From assembly GCF_006345805.1 (NCBI RefSeq), contig NW_021832550.1, positions 1-61,389 on the forward strand: a DNA stretch of 61,389 nucleotides. Reading direction: 5' to 3'. The translations under genes were made by a program, and so were the position numbers. This DNA comes from Octopus sinensis (Eukaryota). Each line of letters starts with the position of its first letter. The first letter of the stretch is position 1. The notes beneath the pieces were generated by a model, which worked only from the letters and a program-made list of their open reading frames with translations, was not told the origin of the DNA and searched no databases. Shown here piece after piece: positions 12,071-25,175 of this stretch.

Positions 12071-12690
12071 CTGGCACTCCGTCGGTTTCGACGACGAGCG
12101 CTCTAGTTTATCCGACCAACGGAACAGCGTGCTCATGAAATTAACGTGCAAGTGGTTGAAAACTCCGCAGACACGTGTACCCTGAGCGTAGTTCTCAGGG
12201 AGATTCAGCATGACAAAGAATGGGACAAGGCTGGTCCCCTTTGAATGACAGAGGGAACTAATTTTTGCCTGCTGAGAGGACAGGAGCAACGGGAAATAAA
12301 GTGTCTTGCTCAAGGAAACAAGTTGCCACCAGGTGTCTAACACACTATCGTGAGCAAAATACCCTGAACTACCCTCCGTCGGTTGCGACGATGAGGGTTC
12401 CAGTTGGTCCGATCAACGGAACAGCCATCTCGTGAAACTAACGTGCAAGTGGCTGAGCACTCCACAGACATGTGTACCCTTAATGTAGTTCTCAAGAAGA
12501 TTCAGAGTGACATAGAGTGTGACAAGACTGGCCCTCTGAAATACAGGTACAACTCATTTTTGCCAGCTGAGTGGAGTGGAGCAATGTGAAATAAAGTGTC
12601 TTGCTCAAGGACACATCGCACCGTCGGAGATCGAACTCAGGACCTCACAATAGCGAGCAGATTACCCTCACCACTTAACCACGAGCCTTC
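12071..12690 (-). mobile_element. Two adjacent copies of SINE family C (12071-12325 headless; 12374-12690 with tRNA head)
   Basis: Both share CTCCGTCGG..AACGGAACAG..AACGTGCAAGTGG..AATAAAGTGTCTTGCTCAAGG. The second has a minus-strand B-box (GAGTTCGATCTCC). Confidence 0.75.
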
Positions 12691-13254
12691 ACAAAACCAC
12701 AATTAAAAGTTAAATAATAACTATCAAAACCCTGAGCAGAATCCGGAATTTACTCAGACAACCGGACTCCACGATAGCTTTTTATTCTTAGTAGTTTAAT
12801 ATTTCACTCCGGATGGCGGGGCAGTGCCCGAGACCTTCATAGACCTTTAGAAGCCATCAGAGGATCTGATTATGACTAACCTGATACGGTTGGTGTCCAG
12901 CAGTCTATCACGTGTTCAAATCATTATGCATCGGCATTCAACCCTTCCGCCCCAGGTGGATGTTTTGTGTGTCTATGAAATATTCCGAAATAATTTAATT
13001 TCTTTATGATGTGAGTATGTGTGTAAACAGGCGCGTGTATGCGTACGTGTGTGTGTTTATTTGTGTAATTACATGAGTTAATTGCGTTCGTGTGCCTAAG
13101 TGAGTGTCTGTATGATTGAAATCATGCATGTGCGTATCTTTGTGAATGTGTGTGTAAGAGCGTATTTGTGCACTTTAACAGTGACATACGTTCGTGTTGC
13201 TATGGTCTGCACAGGAATACGATTGAGCGCGCAGGCATCGGTGTGTGTGTGTGC

Positions 13255-13909
13255 CAGTCTGTATGTATGTATGTATGTGTGTATGTGTGTATGTATGTAT
13301 ATATGTATATATGTGTGAATGTATGTATGTGTGTATGTATGTATGTATGTATGTATGTATATATGTGTGAATGTATATATGTGTGTATGTATGTATGTAT
13401 GTATGTATATATGTGTGAATGTATGTATGTATGTATGTATGTATGTATGTATGTATGTATATATGTGTGAATGTATGTATGTGTGTATGTATGTATGTAT
13501 GTATGTATGTATGTATATATGTGTGAATGTATGTATGTGTGTATGTATGTATGTATGTATGTATGTATGTATATATGTGTGAATGTATGTATGTGTGTAT
13601 GTATGTATGTATGTATGTAGTATGTATGTATGTATGTATGTATGTATGTATATTGTATGTTGGTGTTGTGTGTGGTTATTATGTTTTCGTGTTCCCGTTT
13701 GCTTGTGTGAGTGCATAATTCTGTACACACGTGTCCAGAATTATGCACTCACACAAGCATACGAGAACACAACATACATACACACACACACACATATGTA
13801 TATATATATATTATATATATATATATGTATATATATTCTTATATATATATATATATATATGTATATATTATACATATATATATACATATAATATATGTAT
13901 ATATATTCT

Positions 13910-13945
<36 letters not shown>

Positions 13946-13981
13946 CATATATATACATATATATATATGTATATATAATCT

Positions 13982-14015
<34 letters not shown>

Positions 14016-14048
14016 CATATATATACATTATATATATGTATATATTCT

Positions 14049-14086
<38 letters not shown>

Positions 14087-14150
14087 CCTATATATACATA
14101 TATATATATGTATATATATTCTTATATATATATATAAATATATATATAAT
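13255..14150. repeat. Compound (TATG)/(TA) microsatellites with higher-order units (..ATATGTGTGAAT.., ..ATATTCTTATAT..)
   Basis: Directly visible. Confidence 0.9.
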
Positions 14151-14769
14151 ATATATGGGTATTTATGTTTATCTGTGTACATATGTCTGAGCGTCGAGGG
14201 TGTATTTAAGTAATCCTGATGTGTTTCACATGAGTAATTATAATATTAATGAATGTTTGTGTGTTTCGAGTGCGCGTGGGATGTGAGTGTTGTGTGTTGT
14301 GTGTGTGTTTGTATTCGCTGTCTTACTATGTATATATATATATATGTGTATATATATATATATTCATTCTTTTTCCTATCTATCTATCTATCTATCTGAG
14401 ACAAACACTTTCCTCTCTGGTCAATCTCTCATCAACTTCTTCAAGTACCCCTTGAAAGGAAAGTGAGAGTAGAGAGGCAAGTTTTGTCTAGCGATGTTTT
14501 AAAAAAGATGGGTGACGTAGCAAGAAGGCACGTATGAATGACGAAGCCACCTTGAGCATAGTCCTATGAACCCAGAAATCGAAAACAGAGAGTTGCTTAT
14601 TTGCAAAAAAAAAAAAAAAAAAAAAAATATAAAATGTGACTTCATTGACCGAGTTACCGTGGTCTTTTCCGCAGGCTTTTCTTTCCACGGGTAACCTCAC
14701 CTGTCCCCCCCTTTACACTTCATATTGACATTTCTGTGATAACGATCCCTATGATCATTTTTTTTTCCT

Positions 14770-14936
14770 CCCCCCCCCTTTTTTTGTCCTCTTTCTCTCC
14801 CTTTTACGATCCCTTTTATCGAACCTCCCCCTTCCTTTTTTTTTCTTTTTTTTTTTTTTTAATACCTTCAAAGAAAAGCTCTACCTTGTAATTTGTTCTA
14901 TCTGTGTGCAGCCCTGGTGTGGCTAATAAAGAAACA

Positions 14937-14940
<4 letters not shown>
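14770..14940 (+). repeat. 3' end of a (TATC)n-tailed interspersed repeat
   Basis: AAAGAAAAGCTCTACCTTGTAATTTG..GCAGCCCTG..GGCTAATAAAGAAACA(TATC)n, shared with 45412-45556. Confidence 0.75.
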
Positions 14941-15017
<77 letters not shown>

Positions 15018-15044
15018 ATCTATGAACGTACATATACATACATA

Positions 15045-15082
15045 CAGACACAGCGTTTCGACTATATTTCGTCTCCTCAGTG
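15045..15082 (-). ncRNA. Minimal type I hammerhead ribozyme motif
   Basis: Minus RNA reads CA-CUGAGGA-GAC(GAAAUAUA)GUC-GAAAC-GCUGU-GUC-UG. Canonical core; stem I is only 2 bp. Confidence 0.55.
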
Positions 15083-15120
15083 ACGAATACATCCACACAT
15101 TCTTAGCTTATTCTTATATT

Positions 15121-15418
15121 CTTTTATTTGTTTCAGTCATTTGAGTGTGGCCATGCTGGAGCACCGCATTTAGTGGAACAAATCGACCCTAGGACCTAGC
15201 CTTTGTAGGCCTAGTACTTATTCTATTGTTCTCTTTCGCCGAAACGCTAAGTTACAGGGACGTAAACACACCAGCATCGGTTGCCAAGTGGCGGTGGTGG
15301 GACAAATGCACTCACACCAATATATATATATAATATAAATAAATGAAAGAATGGAGTCGAACGAAGATGTTAACAAAATTCCTTTACTGACGATAAACAT
15401 AGGATAATTCATTCACCT

Positions 15419-15453
<35 letters not shown>

Positions 15454-15610
15454 ACGAGCGTTTTTCAGTTTCCGTCTACCAAAATCACTCACAAACCTTT
15501 GATCGGCTCAAGGTTATAGTAGAAGACACTTGCCCCAAGGGCCACGCAATGAGGCTGAACTCGGAACCATGTGGTTGAGAAGCAAGTTTCTTACCACACA
15601 GCCACGCCTG
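15121..15610 (-). mobile_element. SINE family B, diverged, with an insert in its central microsatellite
   Basis: Both halves align by eye to 9905-10309. Confidence 0.8.
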
Positions 15611-16487
15611 CCGAAAATTATTCGTTCCGATATAGAAATCTTTCAGCAAAGCAGTAACTGATTTGCGGGAAAGTCAGCCTGTTTAAGATTAAATTAATGC
15701 ACGTACTTGAAAGTTTAAAGTACACAATGAATATTATAGATATTCTCATTTTAAACCTAATATTATTTCAAGTACTTATGTTAATTTAATATTAGCCTGG
15801 CCGGCTTTGATACAAAACAGTGAGGGTTCTAATTAATGAAAGAATATTTGTTGGGTTTGCACCGAATGTCCGAGAATATTAGCCACGAAGTGGACCAGAT
15901 GAGATCGAAACAGCGATGATGAAGGTTCCGATGATATTCTGAGCGAACTCTGTATTTTGTAGCACCAAACTTTAAACAAAAATGTCTCTGACAGAATATT
16001 ACATAACAGCAATCGACGTTTAGACACACACACGTAACAAAATATTATACAGACTGGTATTTCATCTGATGTCGTTTCATGTGCACATGTTACAAAAAAA
16101 AAAAAAAAACAGCCGTGAGCATATGGTTTGATCGAACTTGGAACGTAGCTATTTCAAAGCGAATTGCTGAAATACAAACATCCACACAAAAAAGCATACA
16201 TGTATGGAGGCATACACGTACAGAAAAACATGTATTCACTTTCTTTCATCCAAACATCTCCAAACACGCTCTTATAGACACAGTATGTTCGTGCAGAATA
16301 ACAGACAAATGTTCTTTAGATAAAGTATGCAAATGTGTATGTATGTATATATGCATGTATGTGTATACACGCACAGCGCGCATAATATATATATATATAT
16401 ATACATCCACGCACACACGTGTATACATATACACACATATATACATATATATGTATATATTATATATATATTTATTTATATATACTG

Positions 16488-17718
16488 TTTTACTCTTTTA
16501 CTTGTTTCAGTCATTTGACTGCGGCCATGCTGGAGCACCGCCTTTAGTCGAGCAACTCAACCCCGGGACTTATTCTTTTTGTAAGCCCAGTACTTATTCT
16601 ATCGGTCTCTTTTTGCCGAACCGCTAAGTGACGGGGACGTAAACACACCATCGGTTGTCAAGCAATGCTAGGGGGACAAACACAGATACACAAACACACA
16701 CGCATATATAATGCCTCGGATTTTACCGAAAAAAGCATAGTGTTTGCTGATTTTAACCCACGCTGGTGGAAAGGGGAGAGCAGAAATTCTTCGCTTGCAT
16801 GTTTGAGTTTGCTGGCACTGTTAGTTTCGAGCAGATCTTCAGAAGCGATAAGAAGCCGAAAGGGTATGCTCCCACTTTCAGTGTTTTCAAATCCAAACCA
16901 GGAGGATCTGAGCTGATGATAGAAATGTCGAGTTGACTAATCTTGAAACGTACGTTCTCAATAACCTTTGCATTTGATTTTTTAATGTCTTTTACCCCCA
17001 TACTTTCGTGAGTTGAATTGAGCAAACACTATATGAGAGAGGTTTTCTTAAGTATTAGAAATAGTTTTAAAAAAGTTTTTTTAGCTACTATTTCTAATGA
17101 GTTCAGTATGCGGCAAAGTAATTTATTTTACTAAGCCCTTTTATATAACGTAATAATTTGAATTCGCCTTAATGGTCCCTTTGCATACTGAATACTTGGT
17201 GAAATTGATTAATAATTAATTAATTTTTACCCTCAATTGTTGAAATATAATAATTCTCTCTCTCTCTATTTAATGCCTCGGATTTCCGAAAAAGCATAGT
17301 GTTTGCTGATTTTAACCCCACGCTGGTGGAAAGGGGAGAGCAGAAATTCTTCGCTTGCATGTTTGAGTTTGCTGGCACTGTTGTTTTCGAGCGGATCTTC
17401 AGAAGGGATAAGAAGCCGAAAGGTATGCTCCCACTTTCAGTGTTTTCAAATCCAAACCAAGGAGTTCTGAGCTGATGATAGAAGTGTCGAGTTGACTAAT
17501 CTTGAAACGTACGTTCTCAATAACCTTTGTTTTTCATTTGATTTTTTTATGTCTTTACCCCCATACTTTCGTGAGTTGAATTGAGCAAACAATATGAGAG
17601 AGGTTTTCTTTAAGTATTAGAAATAGTTTTAAAAAAAAGTTTTTTAGCTGCTATTTCTAATGAGTTCAGTATGCGGCAAAGTATATATTTTTACTAAGCC
17701 CTTTTATATATATATATA

Positions 17719-17757
<39 letters not shown>

Positions 17758-17993
17758 TATATTATATATATATATATATATATTATATGTATATATATTA
17801 TATATATATATATTTATATATATATATATATCTATTACATATATACGACTGGCTTCTTTCAGTTTCCGTCTACCAAATCAACTCACAAAACTTTGGTTGA
17901 CCCGAGGCTATAGTAGAAGACACTTGCCCAGGACTGAACCCTGAACCATGTGGTTGGTAAACAAGCTACTTACCACGCAGCCACTCCTGCGCC

Positions 17994-17994
<1 letters not shown>
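16488..17994 (-). mobile_element. SINE family B split into 16488-16700 and 17843-17994 by a nested insertion
   Basis: The 3' and 5' halves are collinear with intact copies, and the gap lies at the internal CA/TA tract. Confidence 0.85.
16709..17708 (-). mobile_element. Tandem 562-bp-period duplication of a putative PLE-like repeat with a hammerhead relic
   Basis: TAATGCCTCGGATTT starts at 16709 and 17271. Minus strand has CUGAAGA-UCUGCUC-GAAAC-UAACA-GUG (16816-16842). Its tail is also at ~43180-43270. Confidence 0.55.
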
Positions 17995-18024
<30 letters not shown>

Positions 18025-18180
18025 GTATACGGGTGTATACATACACAAATACATAGATACGCATATGCGCGCGTGTGTAGAGCTGTTGGCGCGCGTGTGT
18101 AATGTATATGTAATGCGTGCAAGATTAATGGCACCAGTAGATTCCCAATTCAAGATGGTAAAATCAAGTGATACGATTGG

Positions 18181-18215
<35 letters not shown>

Positions 18216-18221
18216 AGAAGA

Positions 18222-18261
<40 letters not shown>

Positions 18262-18262
18262 G

Positions 18263-18302
<40 letters not shown>

Positions 18303-18374
18303 TGTGTGTTTGTGTGTATGTGTATATACACGCATATATATATGTTTACATATGTACATATATATATATAAATG

Positions 18375-18405
<31 letters not shown>

Positions 18406-18661
18406 TATATTATATTATATATGCACACACGTACTAGTTAAAATTACCAGAGGCGTACTTAAAAAACATTCCCTCGCACACACCCAATTTCAACCATGAT
18501 TAAAACTAGTAACAATAAATTGCATACATACATATACACATACATACATACATAATATATGCATACACACATATATAATATATATATATATTATACATAC
18601 ATACATACATATTATATATATATATATATATATTATTAATATATGTATATATATATATATT

Positions 18662-18703
<42 letters not shown>

Positions 18704-18704
18704 A

Positions 18705-18736
<32 letters not shown>

Positions 18737-19040
18737 CACACTAATATATATATATTTACATACATAGATAATTAGATGCTTACAAATCATTCGCTTACAA
18801 ACCGTATATGTGCGTGTGTGTGTGTGCATGTGTGTGTTTGTGTTCTCGTGCGTGTGTGTAGGTGGGTGAATACTAAGTATATTTTGCTCCCAGACATGAA
18901 CACACACAGACACACACACACACACAATTACGCGCATTTATCATTCGATATCGCTTAATTTATCGAAAGTGTTACTAATGGCGTGAAATGAAATTTATTA
19001 ATCATTTTGAGTATATTTGCATTGTCTAACTGAACACATA

Positions 19041-20342
19041 TATCATGCTGGGGGGAAAAAAAACTAAGCAACGTTTTGAAACATGAAATTCATCACATGA
19101 AATTTTAAAATGTGGAAATTTTATTCATCGAAGTAAGTACCATTACATCAACACATTTTTGCCAGCGAGTTACAAGTTTGTTTATTCTGGTAACATAAAA
19201 ATCTGGAGTTCTGAAGCTGATGAACTCTTTGAACACACTTTCAGCATTGGTTTGATTTTTGATCTCCTTCACTCGCAGGAAACCACGAAGGTGCCTGAAA
19301 AAGCAGTAGTAGGTAGGAGCAAGGTCTGGGGAATATGCTGGGTGAGGAAGAACTTCGTAGCCAAGTTCCCTCAATTTTTGGAGTGTCGTTAGTGAAACTT
19401 GTGGCCAAGCATTGTCAAGAAGAATGACTGACCCTCTTCTGTAGACCAGTCTGGGACGGAGGAGATGCAGTTTTTCGGTCATTTTGGCAATATATTTCAT
19501 GGCAATATATTTCTTCAGTAATTGTTTTTCCGGGTTTTATGAAATTATAGTGGATGAGTGTAGCAGTTCACTACCAAACAGTCACCATAACCTTGTTTTT
19601 GAAGAACTCGGGTTTTGGGAAGGGTTTCGGTGCTTCATTTTGGTCCAACCACTTGCGAAGAACGTTTTCTATTATTGTACAGGATCCACTTTTCATCGCA
19701 AGTTACAATACGGTCGAGAAATGGATCAGTCCGGTTACGGAGAAGAAGCGACGAGCAAATTTCATATCTGCACATTTTCTGATTTTTTATTCAAATAGTG
19801 TGGTACACAATTGTCGAGCCTTTTTGATTTTCCGATCGCATGCAAATGGTTGCAGGCAGTTTTCTGGCTAACATGAAGTTCTTTTGCCAGTTCTCGAGTG
19901 GTTTTACGTGGATATTTCTCAATGACAGTCATTAATTGACCGTCATCGATGACAGATGGGTGTCCATTACGCTCACGTTCTTCAAGGCTCAGGTCTCTAC
20001 TGCGAAATCGTTTAAACCATTTTCGAGCTGACCACTCACTGGTCATTTCCTCACCAAACATTCCATTAATATCGCGCGCAGTTTCAACTGCTTTAAGTCC
20101 TTGTTTGAAGTTGAATAGCAAAATTGCTCCAATATCGCGCTTTGACACTTCCATTTCAGGTGATTGTAACCACGGCGAAAAGAATATCAATGTCAATTTA
20201 TTGATGCATTTGGACAAGTCTATATCTGCATTATCAGAAATTGCAAAAAAAAATATGCTTAAAACAAATTCAAAACTCTGCAAAAATCCGGTACAAATTC
20301 TTAATGGTTCAAAACGTTGCTTACTTTTAACACAACCTGATA
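19041..20342 (-). mobile_element. Full-length decayed mariner transposon (~1.3 kb)
   Basis: Imperfect TIRs (TATCAGGTTGTGTTAAAAGTAAGCAACGTTTTGAA on the right arm read inward; TATCATGCTGG..AAACTAAGCAACGTTTTGAA on the left) enclosing transposase motifs. Confidence 0.92.
19105..20154 (-). pseudogene. Mariner (DD34D) transposase pseudogene
   Basis: MEVSKRDIGAILLFNFKQG..HTH..CVPHYL (WVPHEL-like), IVTCDEKWILYNN, LLDNAWP, HPAYSPDLAP. Broken by frameshifts and in-frame stops. Confidence 0.92.
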
Positions 20343-20379
20343 GTTATGTCTATATATCTGAAGGTAAGTGAGCACGGTG

Positions 20380-20620
20380 AAGGTGCATGACCAAGTGGTT
20401 AAGATGTTGCACAGGTGATCATGAGATCCTGAATCGGGCGGTGTGTTGTGTTCTTGAGCAAAACACTTCATCTCACGCTGCGATCATTTCGCCACCTGAC
20501 GCGTAGCAAACCGTGTACCTGATCAGGTCGATTCGATGCAGGGAGTGTGCTAATGGGCGGCGTAAACATTTGATCACTATAAGCAAACCATTTGTGCAGG
20601 TCGTTGGGCAAGAAATTGCA
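20380..20620 (+). mobile_element. Degenerate tRNA/CORE-type SINE
   Basis: GAAGGTGCATGACCAAGTGGTTAAG head and GTGTTCTTGAGCAAAACACTT CORE-like motif. Confidence 0.6.
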
Positions 20621-21149
20621 TAACTGTTTTTCTCACACTGCGAGAGACTACCATCATCTTCATATCATGTAAGCATATATAAACACACACACATACAAAC
20701 ACATGCACGTACGTACGCACGCACACACACACACACACACACGCACACATGCACACACATACACGCACACACATATGTATGTATATGAAAAGATTAATAG
20801 AAATTACTTTTCTGATAATATTTTCCACTTTAATAATTAGGCGTTAATAAATCATTGTTTACATATCGCATATACATACATACATACATACATACATACA
20901 TACATACATACATACATACATGCATGCATACATACATACATGCATACATACACAATACATACATATATATATATGTGTGTGTGTGTATGGGTGTATGTAT
21001 ATATACGCATGCACACATATATATGTGTATGTATGTATCTATGTGTTTATTTAGTATATTTTTCAAATATTGAATACAGTATTTATAATTGTAACGATTT
21101 TGTATTTTTTAATTCTAATATATTGTATATATATACTGTATCACACGTA

Positions 21150-21233
<84 letters not shown>

Positions 21234-22710
21234 TATATTTATATATATATATTTATATATATATGTATGTATGTATATGCGCGTATGTAAGTATTGATGT
21301 TTCTTCTTCAGATTTATTAATTTGTTTTTGTAGAATTTAAACCAATTATTTACTTAGTGGTTAGGCTCTCTTCTTGTCTGCGTGAAGAGAGTTGCAGAGA
21401 TTTGTGAGTATATCTGTGTATGGTTGTGCTTGTGTGTGTGTGTGTGTGTGTGTGTGTTCGTTTATATATATATGTATATATATGTAAAAAGAAAAGAAAT
21501 TGCATTTTCGTGGTTTCAGTATCACATGTACAAAGCATGCAAAGAGAAGGACGGCAACTATGGCGCTGCTGTTATAGCAATGACAAATAACTGAATGGTT
21601 TTGTCCTTCGACAGGAACATTTCTGAGGTTATCGACAATGCAACATGTGGGAAATAAAATATTGTTACGAGCTGTTACTTGAGAATTCCTCAAGAAATAT
21701 AGATGGCAGTGTCAGAAGAACGTTCCCAGTCCCGAACTTTTGTGAAAAATAGCAAATGATTGTAATACAGTGTTATACTTCTCCCAAAGACAAACCTCAT
21801 ATTTTCTAGACCAATTAATTTGAGTGTATACACGTTTACTTTAATAAAACACTCGATTTTATAATTGCTAATATTATCGTCCTGTAAGACACAGATATAT
21901 TTGTGGTGAGACCTCTTTCAGTGTTTCTGATTGCTTACATATGTTGCTAGAATATGTTTTTAAAAGGATTTTCTGTAAGCCCTATATTTCTTTGTTTGTT
22001 TCGCTGTTATTTACAAAACAAATCTTTTCCTGATAAAGTCATGAGTTAATTTATTGAGCAACAAACGCCTCCTTAAATAATTGCTTACTATTTGAATCGA
22101 GTGCTTCACAACGAGAAATGATGGACAGAACGGTCAGTGCTTGTGACGTCTTTGAACATAGGTCAACTAGATAATGGTGGACTTGAAGCTGAACAAAAAC
22201 AACAACAACAACAACTACAACAACGACAGCAGCAGCATCATCATCAGCAGTAGCATCAGTGACACTATAACAGTTTTTCAATAATTTTGTACCATCTTAG
22301 TTATTGAATAAACAAGCGAATCATTTATTTAAAATAAATTTCCTCAGCTTATTTTCTTCCTATCAATCTATATGAGTGGAAACACGAATTGCAGCCTCAG
22401 CCAAATGGAGAATTAATCAACCAAGGGAAATCACATTCATAGAAATCGATGAAAGATCGAAGACACCGTCTACCAAATCAGTAAAATCAATTAAGTAAAT
22501 AATATCAAATCGAAAACGAAAAACAAGCATGCAAACAAAAAGCACCAATAAATGTATAATATTTAAAAAAATATTTGAAGTCAAATATACAGTCTTGGTA
22601 TTTTTTTGCATTAATGGTTTGAGAGATTATTAACCATGTTAGCAAACACTGTTCGATTATACACATTAGACGATGGACGATACTAAGAAAGAGAGGTAGA
22701 AAGAGAGGAA

Positions 22711-22749
<39 letters not shown>

Positions 22750-22879
22750 GTATTTTATTTAGCGACCCCGGAGAGATGAAAGATAAAGCTAACATGGAAG
22801 GATTTTTAACTCAGATAACCGGAATAAATACCGTAGCACGTTCTATCCAGCACTCAAACCATTCTGCGAATTCGTCGCC

Positions 22880-22917
22880 ACACACACACACACGCACACA
22901 TACAACACAATACATAT

Positions 22918-22950
<33 letters not shown>

Positions 22951-23273
22951 TACATGCATACATACATACATACATACATACATACATACATACATACATA
23001 CATACATACATACGTACGTACATACATACATACATACATACATACATACGTACGTACATACATACATACATACATACATACACACACATACATACATACA
23101 TACGTACATACATACATACATACATACATACATACATACATACATACATACATACGTACGTACATACATGCATGCATACGTACATACATACATACATACA
23201 TACATACATACGTACATACATACATACATACATGCATACGTACGTACGTACGTACATACATACATACATACAT

Positions 23274-23309
<36 letters not shown>

Positions 23310-23315
23310 GTATAT
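22880..23315. repeat. (TACA)n/(CA)n microsatellite
   Basis: Directly visible. Confidence 0.95.
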
Positions 23316-23356
23316 ATATATACATGTATTGTTGTTGTTATAATTATTATTATTGG

Positions 23357-23567
23357 GGCGGCGAGCTGGCAGAATCGTTAACATGCTGGACGAAATGATA
23401 AGCGGTATTTCGCCCGTCGCTACGTTGTGAGTTCAAATTCAGCCGAGGTCAACTTTGCCTTTCAACCTTTCGGGGTCGATAAATTGAGTACCAGTGAAAC
23501 ACTGGGGTCGATCTAATCGACTAGCCCCCTCCCCCCAAATTTCGGGCCTTGTGCTTTAATAGAAATG
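23357..23567 (+). mobile_element. SINE family A monomer, short-tail variant
   Basis: GGCGGCGAGCTGGCAGAATCG head; CCCCCTCCCCCCAAATTTCGGGCCTTGTG tail. Confidence 0.85.
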
Positions 23568-23700
23568 TTTATTTCTATTATTATTATTATTATTATTATT
23601 GTGTGTCTATGGCCAGCTGGAGGAGTGTGTCCTCCTGGGGCTAAAAACTACAGTAGCATCCACCCTTAGGGGTTAGCCATATTGAAATGGCAAAAGTACG

Positions 23701-23780
<80 letters not shown>

Positions 23781-23781
<1 letters not shown>

Positions 23782-24372
23782 TGAGTGAGATGGGCATTTT
23801 CATGCCATCAAAGTGACACTGGGGTAAAATATACGAAGCCCCCATATACCCCATGACTACCCGTCTGATAAAGTACACCAGGCACATGCATCACAACCAT
23901 ATATGCGCAACATGGTGATCTCATATCAAGATAAACAGCACATGACTTGCAGGTGGGCCCAGTTAGAATTTTCTTCAGGTTGAGTAGCCCATCCCGCTCA
24001 AAAGGTCCCTGAATAAGAGTTGTTTAAGGATGTTGAAAGAACACCCCATGTTTCCAGAGGTGAATTATTCAACCCCAAAGAATCCCTCTCAACACATGGC
24101 TATGATGCTCCCCCACTACTTCTGCTCGTGATCAGAGATGCACATATCGTCAGCCACTAAGGGACATGCTCAACTGGTTAAGGTCAAACAACTGACAAGC
24201 AAATCTGTGGTACTGAGCAGAATATTTGCTGTAGCCCATCTTTTATACCAAGACAAAACAATGTACATGATAACACTTCCAATCAGTTAAGATCAGAAGC
24301 CATGAGAGCCACTGCCTGGTACTGCATCAGGGCATCCATGAGAGCCACTACCTGGTACTGCATCAGGGCATT
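23781..24372 (-). mobile_element. TAA-tailed interspersed repeat (probable LINE 3' region)
   Basis: Reverse-complement homolog of 38720-39227. Both copies end in (TAA)n. No ORF recognised. Confidence 0.65.
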
Positions 24373-24374
24373 TA

Positions 24375-24429
<55 letters not shown>

Positions 24430-24431
<2 letters not shown>

Positions 24432-24862
24432 TATGTTTGACAAAATGCTTTATGTCTGTACAAGTTGGCTCCAAGTCTCACCCGGAGACCTCAAGAGACA
24501 ACAGGTTGGAAGTTCTGTGACATATATTTGGGGTTTTTTTTTTTGGTGTTGTACTAGTGAATGTCTAATACATAAAAATAAAATAAAAAAAAAAATAAAA
24601 AAAAAATAAAAAAAGAAAAAAAAAGTTTGTTTTAAACCTTGGGATTACATAGAGAGTATTTTGCGTAGGATATGAGCAGTTCCCATGAGCACTATCTTTT
24701 GAATTTCTGCCATTTTGGGGTTTCCTGGTATCTGAGTTAGGTAGCAATCAGCCCCTTTCGCTATCATTCCCAGGGCACCTAAGACAACAGGTATTGTTTT
24801 AGTCTTCAGCTTCCACATTTTGCTGATTTCTATTTCAAGATCTTTATATTTGCTTAGTTTTA
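24430..24862 (-). mobile_element. R4/Dong-type (RLE) LINE 3' end
   Basis: Minus translation KLSKYKDLEIEISKMWKLKTKTIPVVLGALGMI..EIQK(frameshift)VLMGTAHILRKILSM* (stop 24645-24647), then a 3' UTR. (TAA)n on both sides. Confidence 0.85.
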
Positions 24863-24907
24863 TTATTATTATTATTATTATTATATTATTATTATTATTA
24901 TATTATA

Positions 24908-24974
<67 letters not shown>

Positions 24975-24984
24975 CATCATTCAG

Positions 24985-25175
24985 GAGGCGAGATGACAGA
25001 ATCGTTAGGACGTTGGACAAAATGCTCAGCGGTATTTCGCCCGTCGCTACGTTCTGAGTTCAAATTCCATCGAGGAATTCTTTATCTTTCATCCTTACTG
25101 AGTACGAGTTGAGCGCTGAGGCAAAGGTAATCGACTTGTCCACTACAAAATATTTCTGGTCACGTGTCAAGATTT
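24985..25175 (+). mobile_element. Degenerate SINE family A
   Basis: GGAGGCGAGATGACAGAATCGTTAG..GTTCTGAGTTCAAATTCC. Confidence 0.7.

Noticed and set aside
13096-14213. Long ORFs (150-250 aa) here and at 22776-23384, 27634-28708, 29677-30335 and 45787-46327
   Set aside because: They are translations of micro- or minisatellites (YIHT, MYVC, KFTQ, LSIY) and are open only because the repeat unit lacks stops.
14405-14450. Minus-strand VLEEVDERLTREE after a pyrimidine-rich acceptor (calmodulin/troponin-like)
   Set aside because: Weak donor, abuts a microsatellite, and too short to distinguish from chance.
15893-15925. CAGAUGA-GAUC-GAAAC hammerhead look-alike
   Set aside because: U4 is missing, stem II has no loop, and there is no stem I or NUH.
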